Source: a virus (Duplodnaviria; Caudoviricetes). From it: 64,000 nucleotides of DNA. Shown piece by piece: positions 37,132-45,824 of this stretch. Location: the IMG/VR virus record IMGVR_UViG_3300032330_001078, positions 2,575 to 66,574 of that record. One strand, given 5' to 3'. The translations under genes were made by a program, and so were the position numbers. The notes under the pieces were generated by a model that saw only the letters and a program-made list of their open reading frames with translations, did not search any database and was not told the origin of the DNA. The stretch's first letter is position 1. The number at the start of each line of letters is the position of its first letter.

Positions 37132-37475
37132 TGGCTAATGCACATCCTTACCCAATAAAGATAGATCAAGGTGGTACCTGGACTCTTTCTTTTACATACA
37201 AAATTAACAATGCTGCTGTTAGTTTTAACGGTTTTACTGCTTCTATGATGGTTCGTAAGAACTACACGGATACTGATCCTGTTTTATCGTTAACAACCGA
37301 AAACGGCGGAATTACGTTGGGGGCTAATGGTTTGGTAACTATTACTGCTTCAGCTGCTTTAACTGCCACTATGCCTCCTGGTACTGGTGTTTATGATCTT
37401 GAACTGTACACAGGTAGTGAGGTTCGCAAGCTTCTTCGCGGTGATGTAACTATCGTGCCTGAGGTTACTCGATGA
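37131..37475 (+). CDS. Small virion structural/adaptor protein
   Basis: IKIDQGGTW...F.GFTASMMVR...GVYDLEL..VRKLLRGDVTIVPEVTR, a common phage Ig-like adaptor pattern. Confidence 0.6.
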   Translation: MANAHPYPIKIDQGGTWTLSFTYKINNAAVSFNGFTASMMVRKNYTDTDPVLSLTTENGGITLGANGLVTITASAALTATMPPGTGVYDLELYTGSEVRKLLRGDVTIVPEVTR

Positions 37476-37939
37476 GTGAAATCATTGAAATTGACAAAGA
37501 TAGCGTCACCCTGACAGTTGTTGACAATAACATCACTCTTGATGTCCAGACGTCCACTGTAAGCCTTACAACGGCTTCTGTGGGGCCTCAGGGGCCTCAG
37601 GGGCTTGCTGGGTCTAATGCCCAGTCTTTCCCTGTATTCTCGCTACAGGGGCAGATAGCGCCTTACACAGGTACTAACAGGTTCTATTTTGAGAACGCTT
37701 ACACGCTTACAAAGATTAGGGCTTCTGTAGGAACGGCACCTACTGGGTCTGGAATTGTCGTGACTGCTTTTATTAATGGTTCTTCTGTAGGTACTGTTAC
37801 GATTCCTGCTGGCAGTAATAGTGGTACCACAGTGGTATCAAGTGCGCTTGTAGCAGGGGATTATGCTACGATTTCTATAACAAGTGTCGGGTCAATAGTT
37901 GCTGGGTCTGACTTGACTGTTTCATTAACAATTGGCTAG
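37472..37939 (+). CDS. Minor tail protein with short collagen-like GPQ repeat
   Basis: GPQGPQG; ASVGTAPTGS..V...ING. Confidence 0.55.
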   Translation: MSEIIEIDKDSVTLTVVDNNITLDVQTSTVSLTTASVGPQGPQGLAGSNAQSFPVFSLQGQIAPYTGTNRFYFENAYTLTKIRASVGTAPTGSGIVVTAFINGSSVGTVTIPAGSNSGTTVVSSALVAGDYATISITSVGSIVAGSDLTVSLTIG

Positions 37940-37947
37940 GAGTTGAC

Positions 37948-38301
37948 ATGGCACGTATTTCCACTACAGAGGCAAACCAAGCCCTATCTACTACAGGTTG
38001 GGCTTATGTGTCTTTGCATTCTGCTGATCCTGGCACAACGGGTGCTTCTGAGCTTTCTGGTGGCACGTATGCACGCGTAGCAGTCTCGTGGAGTACCCCA
38101 GCATCAGGAGCAACTTCTAATACGGGTGCTTTGACAATTAACATTCCGGCATCAACTACAGCGGCTTACTTTGGTGTTTGGTCTGCTTTGACTACAGGTA
38201 CTTATTACATTGGTGGCGCGTTGTCGCCAACTATTACTACTGGCACTTCAGCAGGTACGGTCACTATTGCTGTTGGCGCTTTGTCGGTCACTGCGTCGTA
38301 A
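37948..38301 (+). CDS. Minor tail / fibre adaptor protein
   Basis: YVSLHSADPGTTGASELSGGTYARVAVSW; RBS AGGAG. Confidence 0.65.
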   Translation: MARISTTEANQALSTTGWAYVSLHSADPGTTGASELSGGTYARVAVSWSTPASGATSNTGALTINIPASTTAAYFGVWSALTTGTYYIGGALSPTITTGTSAGTVTIAVGALSVTAS

Positions 38302-38323
38302 TTTTGAAGGGAGGTAATCCCTC

Positions 38324-39367
38324 ATGGCTGTAAATGTTGTTGGCACGACTTTAACTGCATTTAACACTAGTTCCTCAACACCAATTACTTTTACTATTCC
38401 TGCGGCAGTTACCCCTTGTCTTGCAGTTGTTGTTTACGATGCTGGTATTAACGTTGGTTCTGAACCAGTTACATCTATCACAGACACTGCAAGTAATGTT
38501 TATACAAAAGTAGGCCCTTCCCTATTTCAGGGAAGTGTTCCTACTGGTATGACTCATGGTGTTTATACAGGAAAAATAGCCACAAGTGCTACTGCAGTTA
38601 CAGTAACTCTTAACGGTATTGCTGGTTATGGTGCTAAATCTGCTTTAATGTTTTTCCTGCAAGGCGTTAACTATGCAACTCCTGCTTTTACTACAAAAAC
38701 TGCTGCTAGCACCACAGGTGTAGGTTCTCTAGTTACCCCACCAGCTAGTAATGGTGACCTTGTTGTCATGACAGGCACAGCTACAGGTACGGGTATTCCT
38801 CAATCTGGCGCTAGCGATACTACGAATGGCACGTGGGGTACTGTAACTAACGTTTATGCCGTAGGCGGATCTATTAACGCTAACCTTGCCATTCAAGCAA
38901 AAACTATTACTTCAGGTACTAACGTAACACAAACGGGTGTAATGACAACAGCTGCAACTGTGTCTTACTCAACAGGTTTTGCTTTAGTTTTTCAAAGTAA
39001 CGCATCTAGCGGTACAGGCGCAATTGGGTTAAACGCTAGCGTTCCAGGACCTAAAGGTGCAATTAGTTTAACTGCAACGGTTACTAATGCGCTTAAGTTT
39101 TCTCAAACTGGTTCGGGTTCAATCGGGTTGGTTGCGTCTGCTACAAGCGCACTGCGTTATCCTGCTACTGCATTAGGAGCAATAAGTCTTACTGGCACAT
39201 CAAGCAATGCCAGTGTCAAATACACATCTACTGGTAGTGGGTCATTAAGTCTTTTAGGGGCATCTAATGGCGTTGCTTCACTTACTGGCACTGCTGCTAT
39301 TGATTTAATTCTTTCAGGTTCTGGCTCTAAAAGAGACCTTTTTGTTGGCTGGGGCATACCTTTGTGA
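38324..39367 (+). CDS. Thr/Gly/Ser-rich tail fibre or receptor-binding protein
   Basis: Beta-rich composition, repeated GSI.L.A segments near the C-terminus; RBS GGAGG. Confidence 0.55.
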   Translation: MAVNVVGTTLTAFNTSSSTPITFTIPAAVTPCLAVVVYDAGINVGSEPVTSITDTASNVYTKVGPSLFQGSVPTGMTHGVYTGKIATSATAVTVTLNGIAGYGAKSALMFFLQGVNYATPAFTTKTAASTTGVGSLVTPPASNGDLVVMTGTATGTGIPQSGASDTTNGTWGTVTNVYAVGGSINANLAIQAKTITSGTNVTQTGVMTTAATVSYSTGFALVFQSNASSGTGAIGLNASVPGPKGAISLTATVTNALKFSQTGSGSIGLVASATSALRYPATALGAISLTGTSSNASVKYTSTGSGSLSLLGASNGVASLTGTAAIDLILSGSGSKRDLFVGWGIPL

Positions 39368-39404
39368 TAGGCTTTTGCTGACCATTTAACCTAGGAGTAA
39401 AAAC

Positions 39405-39629
39405 ATGGCCATTGATTATGACGCTTATCTTTCTGCAGATCAGAAGAAAGCAATTGTTGAAAACCGTCTGCAGCAGTTTGCTTCAGAGGCGTACCAGACT
39501 GAATTGAATCAAGAGATTCAAAAGCGTTCTGGTAATGATGAAGTTGCTGCTGGATATGAAGAAACCTTGGCGCTTATTGAAGCTGCTATCGAGGTTCATG
39601 CCGAAGAGCTTGCAAAACTAGAAGCATAG
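39405..39629 (+). CDS. Small acidic helical protein (possible fibre chaperone)
   Basis: Last gene before the terminator; RBS AGGAG. Confidence 0.5.
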   Translation: MAIDYDAYLSADQKKAIVENRLQQFASEAYQTELNQEIQKRSGNDEVAAGYEETLALIEAAIEVHAEELAKLEA

Positions 39630-39643
39630 ACCTGTTTTTGGGC

Positions 39644-39699
39644 AAAAAAAAAGACCACATGGGGCGCTCCCGAAGGAGCGCCCCATTGGTTTTTTATTT
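39644..39699. terminator. Bidirectional rho-independent terminator between convergent operons
   Basis: 12-bp stem ATGGGGCGCTCC / GGAGCGCCCCAT, loop CGAA (UUCG on - strand), A-run before and T-run after. Confidence 0.9.
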
Positions 39700-39855
39700 C
39701 CGTCACACGAAATTGTAATAGCCAAACAGCCTTCAAAGGTAAAGCGAAACAAAGACAGGCTTTTTTATGCTAATCTGCTTAACGCCCAAGTCAAAACGTT
39801 AAGCAAACAGGCTGTCGTTCACGCGATAGGTGGCGCGTCAGGCGTTCACTACAAT

Positions 39856-40212
39856 TTACGGAAACGTGACAGCGGGTGCTGTCATCTTAGGCGGTAAGCC
39901 TAAGTCTTTTCCAACAGGATCGTCAATGTAGAAGTCGCTAACTGGCATTGGTTGTACTGCTGGTCGTGGTGTAGGCGCAACTGGCGTAGCAGGCTTAGCA
40001 GGCATTGGAACCGATAAAGGTCCTTGTCCTTGCTTTCCGCCACTAAACCAGATTGCTATTTGTCTTAATGCGTCGAATACCGTGAGAACTCTAGTGAGAA
40101 CTCCTGCGGCATTTCCAAATTGATTCAAGCGGTCAATGCCTGCAGGTCCCTGAAACTTTGCCCAGGTAAACCCGAAAACGGTGATTGCGCTTGCTGCCAG
40201 TAAGAGGCCCAT
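39856..40212 (-). CDS. Membrane protein with Pro-rich tail
   Basis: Likely start ATG 40212 with AAGGAG RBS (MGLLLAASAITVFGFTW). Confidence 0.55.
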   Translation of the reverse strand: MGLLLAASAITVFGFTWAKFQGPAGIDRLNQFGNAAGVLTRVLTVFDALRQIAIWFSGGKQGQGPLSVPMPAKPATPVAPTPRPAVQPMPVSDFYIDDPVGKDLGLPPKMTAPAVTFP

Positions 40213-41057
40213 TCTTCTCCTTGGTGTGCTGTGTCGGCAATTACTTGCCAACCGTCGTAGAAACGATTGACTGCTGATTGCCATGTTTGCTTGGTCATAT
40301 CGTCCATGTATTCTTCAACCTTGATAGGGTACCTATAAAGATTTTCAATCTTGGTCGATATTTGTTCGTAAATGTTACAGGTACATGCAGCTCTGTAGTC
40401 AGTTGAACGAGCGCAACTATCGTCACATGGTACTCCGTCAATGGTGCACCAGCATTCCGACAGCATGCCTAGGTCGGTTTCTGTTTGCAGCTTTCTTATT
40501 GATTTTTGCAAAGCAATTGTTCTTTCTTGCGTGAACATAGGAACAACTGACCATAAAGGGGCAAGTCCAATAACGTTAGACTCGCCTACTCGAATGCGAT
40601 CATCATTAGGGTAGTAAGACATTCTATCTGTTTCAGTTTCATAGTTCACGTTATTGAGTGACCAGCGAAACTCGTCTATTGCTGAGTTAACGTGAGTTAA
40701 CGCAACTGCCGGATAGTCGATGTCAAAATTCTTAATGAAATCAATGTGTGGAAATTCATTAACCATTATTGATTTCCAAGTAACTAAACTAGGAAATAGC
40801 CAAGGGTTATTGTCGTTTTTATATACGGCTTGCACGTGTGCATCACCGTAATAACCACAACAGCATTCTGGATCAAAGAGATGACCGACGTGTAATCCCA
40901 CACCTTCGGCTCCTGGATTCAGCATGCTCCACATTGTTCCGTCGTCAATTGACTGGAATCGCATGTAACCTGCGTACAGTTCTTGCGCGAATGGTGACAG
41001 GTAGGACGGGTCGTCTTCACGACCCGTCCACCCTTTCATGCCCCAGGGCATTATCAC
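40125..41057 (-). CDS. Hypothetical protein with Cys clusters
   Basis: 310-aa ORF overlapping the upstream stop; CCC and CWC..C..C..CTC. Confidence 0.6.
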   Translation of the reverse strand: MIMPWGMKGWTGREDDPSYLSPFAQELYAGYMRFQSIDDGTMWSMLNPGAEGVGLHVGHLFDPECCCGYYGDAHVQAVYKNDNNPWLFPSLVTWKSIMVNEFPHIDFIKNFDIDYPAVALTHVNSAIDEFRWSLNNVNYETETDRMSYYPNDDRIRVGESNVIGLAPLWSVVPMFTQERTIALQKSIRKLQTETDLGMLSECWCTIDGVPCDDSCARSTDYRAACTCNIYEQISTKIENLYRYPIKVEEYMDDMTKQTWQSAVNRFYDGWQVIADTAHQGEEWASYWQQAQSPFSGLPGQSFRDLQALTA

Positions 41058-42046
41058 TTCTTCTTTTTGTTCTTACTCTGGTTTTGGTTGCGAGGACCTT
41101 GTGGGCGAGGAGCCTGCGGCCTAACCAATTCTCGTACGGCTTTTTCAGCGACTACGAGTTCCTGAGCGATGTGCTGTTCAGCAATTTCAGTAGCTTGGGC
41201 AGTTGTTACATTGCCTTCTACTTCTACGTGAACAACGCCATTGGCAATGTCTACAATCTCGGAGATTGCGATGGCTTCTTCGATTGTCTCTGACAAGACC
41301 TTAGCTTGAACGCCGTTAACAATCTCGTCGCTCTTGAGTGCGAGGCTGATGCCTGCACCCAGCATTGCTACACCAGCTACGCAAAGGATTGCTGGCACGC
41401 CGCCTGCTAGGGCAGCAACAACGTACTTGCCTGCGACTGGGATAAGCGAAGCAAAGGTGCTAACTAGGCCACCAGTGAACTGGTTGACTACGAAACCAAC
41501 ACCAACAATAGAGGACCAAATTGGAACAATGGTTGCGGTAATGGTGTGCTCGAAAGCGCCCTTAAGAATACGACCAAAGTTGGCTGTGTATGATCCAACC
41601 TTCATCCAAGCACGCTCGCGGAAGTCAGTTACCTTGTAACCAAAGTTTGCCATCTTTGAACCAGCAGACGCATTAATCTTTCCAACACCCTTAGCGAGTA
41701 GCTGGAAGCCGTAGTCGTAAATGTCTGTTGACTTACGACGAATGCTACCAAGAATGCTAAATGTCTTCTTGATAACAGAACTGATAAATCCGGTAACCAT
41801 TCGGTAGCCGGACTTGGTAGCGGTCAGACCGCTGATCAGTGCACCGCCAAGGCTTACAGGGATGATTCCCCATGAGCGACGCATGAACGTCACAGTGCTT
41901 GCAATTCCCTTGCGGGATGAGGCGACTAGCTTCGTTGCGAGTGAACGCAAGTAATCTAGCTTAACGGAGGCCGCGTTGCGGACCTTAATGACAGTTGCCT
42001 TAGCATCTGCCTGCGCACCTGTTGGTGCCAAAGTGGCTGTAGCCAT
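41054..42046 (-). CDS. Multi-pass membrane protein
   Basis: Several hydrophobic segments, basic C-terminal tail; AGGAGA RBS. Confidence 0.7.
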   Translation of the reverse strand: MATATLAPTGAQADAKATVIKVRNAASVKLDYLRSLATKLVASSRKGIASTVTFMRRSWGIIPVSLGGALISGLTATKSGYRMVTGFISSVIKKTFSILGSIRRKSTDIYDYGFQLLAKGVGKINASAGSKMANFGYKVTDFRERAWMKVGSYTANFGRILKGAFEHTITATIVPIWSSIVGVGFVVNQFTGGLVSTFASLIPVAGKYVVAALAGGVPAILCVAGVAMLGAGISLALKSDEIVNGVQAKVLSETIEEAIAISEIVDIANGVVHVEVEGNVTTAQATEIAEQHIAQELVVAEKAVRELVRPQAPRPQGPRNQNQSKNKKKK

Positions 42047-42157
42047 TTTGTTTTCTCCTTGTGAGTGTTTTGTACGTACGTACTTGGTTTTAGTTACTTC
42101 TGTTTCACTAATTCCCCTAGATGCTCAACCGGGGAAGTGGCTGAGCATCGTAGGCAA

Positions 42158-42403
42158 TCAGCGCTTGGAAGGCTTGACGACTTCTAACGCGATGAGCAGT
42201 TCTTCGTACGACACATCTAAAGCCGCACACAACGGTGGCATCATTTCAATGCTTGGTCGTGTCTCGGCGGTAAAGTATCGATACAGGTTGCCTCGGTTGA
42301 TACCTACAGCGTCTGCAACTTCTTGCAGTGAAGCGTATTCAAGTAGCGCCATGCGATCGCGCAGCCACTTCATGATTCGCTTACCTTGGTTGTTCATTGC
42401 CAT
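42158..42403 (-). CDS. XRE/Cro-CI-type helix-turn-helix regulator
   Basis: SLQEVADAVGINRGNLYRYF...RPSIEM...LCAALDVSYEEL. Confidence 0.85.
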   Translation of the reverse strand: MAMNNQGKRIMKWLRDRMALLEYASLQEVADAVGINRGNLYRYFTAETRPSIEMMPPLCAALDVSYEELLIALEVVKPSKR

Positions 42404-42406
42404 TTG

Positions 42407-42787
42407 TTACTCCTTTTTGTGATGTGGATGGCAGTCAATGCACACGCAAACTTCTTTGTCGTAGTTTTTGATGGCATTTTTTATTTGCATAGAAAAATGG
42501 CTGGTGTAATCTTCCACCAGCCGTATTGCGTTGTCTTGCGTGTCGTTAATCATGTCAGTAAGTACACCGCGCATGTCGTTAACGATTTTGGAAGCTACAG
42601 CCATTGCCGCTTGTGGCGGCAGGAATGACTCTAGGTGATGCACAACCATTTGCTCGATGTTGTCGAGAAATTCTGGGTTGAGTGTATCTCGTGTTTTGCT
42701 AGAAAAATTACTGAGCATTGCTTTACCGAGCATTTGGTTTTTGCGCTTCTCTTTTGTAATAATTTCTGTAACTGCAGATGTTGCCAT
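42407..42787 (-). CDS. Hypothetical protein
   Basis: AAGGAG RBS; 126 aa. Confidence 0.65.
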   Translation of the reverse strand: MATSAVTEIITKEKRKNQMLGKAMLSNFSSKTRDTLNPEFLDNIEQMVVHHLESFLPPQAAMAVASKIVNDMRGVLTDMINDTQDNAIRLVEDYTSHFSMQIKNAIKNYDKEVCVCIDCHPHHKKE

Positions 42788-42803
42788 GTTTCTCCTTAAA
42801 TAG

Positions 42804-42834
42804 AAAAAGCCCCGACACGGTTTGTGTCAGAGCT
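42804..42834 (-). terminator. Intrinsic terminator-like hairpin directly upstream of an RBS
   Basis: - strand AGCTCTGACAC-AAACC-GTGTCGGGGCT-TTTT. Confidence 0.6.
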
Positions 42835-42929
42835 AAGATGTCTTGAGGTTTGTCCGGTCACTCTCTGTGTGACTTAGGTTATCCTTCTAGACTGCATTTG
42901 GGTTAGGTGTGCCCTACCCGAATACATCT

Positions 42930-42959
42930 ATTATAGCACAGATGAACAACGCGATGCAA
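42930..42959 (-). promoter_or_regulatory. SigA-type promoter
   Basis: - strand TTGCAT-18 nt-TATAAT with extended -10 TG. Confidence 0.65.
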
Positions 42960-42960
42960 G

Positions 42961-43155
42961 TTAATGTGAGTGGTAATTATTAACTAGCTCGTACCACGCG
43001 TCTTGTTCTGTCTTGGCAAGATCAACATGATCATTGTGTTCTTCGGTTTTTGATTTAACTGTATGCACAACAGTTATTGCAACAACCGTTACTGCGCCTA
43101 AAGCAAGAAACATTATCATGTATTTGACGTTATCATTCATAACTCTAAACCTCAA
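42961..43155 (-). CDS. Small membrane protein
   Basis: One transmembrane segment (YMIMFLALGAVTVVAITVV). Confidence 0.5.
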   Translation of the reverse strand: MRFRVMNDNVKYMIMFLALGAVTVVAITVVHTVKSKTEEHNDHVDLAKTEQDAWYELVNNYHSH

Positions 43156-43444
43156 ATATTTCTTTTAAGTTCTTGATGTGCACGTCAAGCTCATCAATTA
43201 ACTCATTAAGGTTAGCATCACTTATTCCAGTAGCGTCTTCAATTTCTTGCTGAATGGTGTTGATGTCGCCTAAGTGCGGGCGAAGGCAACGCCAAGAGTT
43301 GAACCTTTCTGCTGAAATTTCTGCTTGCATTTTCCAAGCAGCAAGACCATCTTCTAAGTCTCTAATGGTGTGGCGCTTGTAGAGATGGCATGCAATTGAT
43401 CCAAGAATAAAAAAGATAATTGCAATGAATGGTGTATTACTCAT
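43145..43444 (-). CDS. Small membrane-anchored protein
   Basis: N-terminal transmembrane segment; ATGA-type coupling. Confidence 0.55.
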   Translation of the reverse strand: MSNTPFIAIIFFILGSIACHLYKRHTIRDLEDGLAAWKMQAEISAERFNSWRCLRPHLGDINTIQQEIEDATGISDANLNELIDELDVHIKNLKEIFEV

Positions 43445-43629
43445 TTAATTACTCCAATTTTTGTAAGGTAGGCAACGCAAAATTCAGTGAGCCTGTCTTC
43501 TGCGCTTTTCTTGTCGTTCTGAAGGATTGGTATCAAGTCTTTATGCTTTGCCAGCAGGATTGCTAGTTCAGCCTGAGATACCTTGGGTTTCTTGATTATC
43601 ACTCGGCACTCTCCGTACTTGCTGACCAT
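43441..43629 (-). CDS. Hypothetical protein
   Basis: Coupled small ORF in operon. Confidence 0.5.
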   Translation of the reverse strand: MVSKYGECRVIIKKPKVSQAELAILLAKHKDLIPILQNDKKSAEDRLTEFCVAYLTKIGVIK

Positions 43630-44123
43630 TCTTTAAGTTCAGCTTGTACGCATGACGAGCAAACATTGTTATTCATGTAGCGACTGTCTTCGTATGTCTC
43701 TTCGCACTCAACGCAAGTAGCTTCTTTTAGGATTACATCTTGCGTTAAGTTTCTGGTAGATACGCTGTCTTGAATAATGTTGTATTCATCTACCCACACT
43801 TGAATGTAAAACGGTTCCACATACCAGTTATTTTCACGAGCAATAGTTGCCCAGTGATTACGAGCTGCTTCAATGTCTTGACCAAACTTACTTGCTTCTA
43901 ACTTTATTTGGCCTTTGCAGTGTGGTGAATCCCAGTCGTTGTGGTACTGGCATTCGATGGTGTCTTCGCAAAACTTACATTGAGCAACCATTGCGTTTGG
44001 CTCACCACAGCAAACTAAACTGTTGTCGGTAATCCAAACATACTTGGTTTGGTCGATTGCCCATGCAGGCTTTTGGTCTTGCTGGTCTTCCATTATTTTT
44101 TCTAGAACGCCATGATCAGCCAT
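43599..44123 (-). CDS. Cys-rich hypothetical protein
   Basis: Several CxxC pairs; AAGGAG RBS. Confidence 0.6.
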   Translation of the reverse strand: MADHGVLEKIMEDQQDQKPAWAIDQTKYVWITDNSLVCCGEPNAMVAQCKFCEDTIECQYHNDWDSPHCKGQIKLEASKFGQDIEAARNHWATIARENNWYVEPFYIQVWVDEYNIIQDSVSTRNLTQDVILKEATCVECEETYEDSRYMNNNVCSSCVQAELKEWSASTESAE

Positions 44124-44490
44124 TGCGCTTCTCCTTCATGATGTGCAGTTGGGTGTCTAAATGTTTGATTGCTTCTTCTAACTGAACCATTAGTGCTTTG
44201 GCCTCGTTAAACTTTAGTGAAATCTGTGAGTAATTGACCTTAGCGTGGCCTTCCCACTTTTTGATTTCGATAGTGACAATGCCTTCAACAAGTCCGTCTG
44301 GCGTATAAACGGTTGAGCCGACTGCTTCTTTGAATTGCGTGCGTTCAGCCTCTTGCATAATGTCTAACTTGTTCTTATTCACTTTCGTGCCTTTCTCTAT
44401 GGAACATGCGATGCATGTCGCGTTGTCGTGAGGAAGTTTGTCGATGTGTAGCATCAAATCATCGAATGGATTCTTTTTTGGCGTGTACAT
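44116..44490 (-). CDS. Hypothetical protein
   Basis: AGGAGA RBS; CxxC. Confidence 0.6.
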   Translation of the reverse strand: MYTPKKNPFDDLMLHIDKLPHDNATCIACSIEKGTKVNKNKLDIMQEAERTQFKEAVGSTVYTPDGLVEGIVTIEIKKWEGHAKVNYSQISLKFNEAKALMVQLEEAIKHLDTQLHIMKEKRNG

Positions 44491-44504
44491 GTCTCTCCTA
44501 ATGT

Positions 44505-44535
44505 AAAAACCCCCTAAACCGTGTTGTCTAGGGGG
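44505..44535 (-). terminator. Intrinsic terminator-like hairpin directly upstream of an RBS
   Basis: - strand CCCCCTAGAC-AACACG-GTTTAGGGGG-TTTTT. Confidence 0.65.
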
Positions 44536-44547
44536 GTGTAGTGGGTG

Positions 44548-44856
44548 TTACGCTCTGCGTCCGCCACAGTTAGCGGCGCATGTATTGCGGTGGTAGTCAT
44601 AAGTGCAGTCTTCAACAACACCAGTGCGATATCGGCAGTTTGCTTTGCATTCGCCAAACTCGTGCTTTTGACATTCAAGCACTTCAGTTTCTTCCGGAGT
44701 AACTGCACAAATTTCGCAGTACTTTGAATCGTGCTCTTCGCCGCGCAAGTGCGCAAGTGTCATTTTTTCTTTACGCTGCTGAATGGCCAGTTCGGTCTTT
44801 TCAATAGCGTCTGTAACTTCTTCAAGAACCTTGAAGATTTTCTTGCCTATGCCCAT
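44548..44856 (-). CDS. Cys-rich hypothetical protein
   Basis: AGGAGA RBS; many Cys and His in C-terminal half. Confidence 0.55.
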   Translation of the reverse strand: MGIGKKIFKVLEEVTDAIEKTELAIQQRKEKMTLAHLRGEEHDSKYCEICAVTPEETEVLECQKHEFGECKANCRYRTGVVEDCTYDYHRNTCAANCGGRRA

Positions 44857-44865
44857 GATGATCTC

Positions 44866-45183
44866 CTAATCAATCTCTGCGCAGTTACCGCACCAAGTAT
44901 TTCTTGATGCTGTCTTGCATGTGCCGTGCTTGTGTATTGTGTCTTCGTGTTCAGGGCAATGGCAACAGTTGATGCAATAACCCTGATCTGAGTGACATGC
45001 CCATACTTCAACGCTTACGCGTTCACAGAATAGGCATTTCTTGTCGTTATTAACAGCGCCTTTAATGTCGCTCTTAATCTCTGCTAATTCTTGCTTTATC
45101 AAGTGATAAACAACAACTAGCATGACTGGTAGTAAAACAATACAAAATGCTCTTTGTATGTAGGTAGCTATTGTCCAGCCCAT
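44866..45183 (-). CDS. Membrane-anchored Cys-rich hypothetical protein
   Basis: N-terminal hydrophobic segment then CxxC clusters; GAGG RBS. Confidence 0.5.
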   Translation of the reverse strand: MGWTIATYIQRAFCIVLLPVMLVVVYHLIKQELAEIKSDIKGAVNNDKKCLFCERVSVEVWACHSDQGYCINCCHCPEHEDTIHKHGTCKTASRNTWCGNCAEID

Positions 45184-45468
45184 TTATTCACCTCTTACTT
45201 TGTGGTCGGAATCCTGATACTTTTCGTGTCGAGGATTTTCGAAGTATTCTGCAATTGAAATGTCTACCAATCCGCTAAGCGAGTGGATAACATCCATGTG
45301 ATTTGCCTTTGTCATGTCAAATACGTTGACGTATTTGATTGGTTCGTACTCCCAAGGAATGATGGTGATCGTAACTTCTTGATCGTAATCAATTTCGGCA
45401 GTTACTTTGTACAAACCTCTAAGTGGTTTGTACGTTACTTGAGTTTCGTAGGTTTCTTGATTTGTCAT
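45184..45468 (-). CDS. Hypothetical protein
   Basis: Likely start ATG 45468 (MTNQET) with AAGGAG RBS; track start at 45687 runs through promoter and terminator. Confidence 0.6.
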   Translation of the reverse strand: MTNQETYETQVTYKPLRGLYKVTAEIDYDQEVTITIIPWEYEPIKYVNVFDMTKANHMDVIHSLSGLVDISIAEYFENPRHEKYQDSDHKVRGE

Positions 45469-45478
45469 GATTTTCTCC

Positions 45479-45589
45479 TTATTTACCTGTTTTACGTAAT
45501 ACTTGCTTAATCCAATAGATAGGACTACCAAGTAATACGCGCAATGTAATAGCTGAAACAGCGATAACTGCGATTTGTGTGTGTGACAT
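45479..45589 (-). CDS. 36-aa hydrophobic/basic peptide (MSHTQIAVIAVSAITLRVLLGSPIYWIKQVLRKTGK)
   Basis: Not in ORF track; AGGAGA RBS; stop abuts the next RBS. Confidence 0.55.
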   Translation of the reverse strand: MSHTQIAVIAVSAITLRVLLGSPIYWIKQVLRKTGK

Positions 45590-45607
45590 GTTTTTCTCCT
45601 GTAATAG

Positions 45608-45644
45608 AAAAACCCACCAAACGGGGTGTTTAGTGGGTTATTTT
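45608..45644 (-). terminator. Intrinsic terminator-like hairpin directly upstream of an RBS
   Basis: - strand AACCCACTAAAC-ACCCC-GTTTGGTGGGTT-TTT. Confidence 0.6.
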
Positions 45645-45675
45645 CAGGCAGCACAATAACTGCTTGAATACTTCT

Positions 45676-45705
45676 ATTATAGCACACTTACACACCTATT
45701 TGCAA
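45676..45705 (-). promoter_or_regulatory. SigA-type promoter
   Basis: - strand TTGCAA-18 nt-TATAAT with extended TG; 20 of 21 nt around the -10 match the 42930 promoter. Confidence 0.7.
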
Positions 45706-45824
45706 CACATAGGAACAAAAAAAAAAGAGTAAATACCCATTAGGCTGTAAATACAGTAAAACTGGTCATTTACTGTAGTAAGGAGGGTGGTTTTCCGTGT
45801 TTCCCACCCTCCTTACGCTTTTAT

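Noticed and set aside
279-39357. Numerous antisense and off-frame ORFs in the track within the structural operon
   Set aside because: Shadows of strongly biased coding genes, lacking RBS and recognisable motifs
42158-42403. HTH gene as proof of a temperate lifestyle
   Set aside because: No integrase or parA, and no divergent cI/cro arrangement in the window
45779-45814. Perfect 12-bp inverted repeat TAAGGAGGGTGG / CCACCCTCCTTA as a novel element
   Set aside because: Its position just after the DUF932 stop codon fits an ordinary terminator or stabilising hairpin
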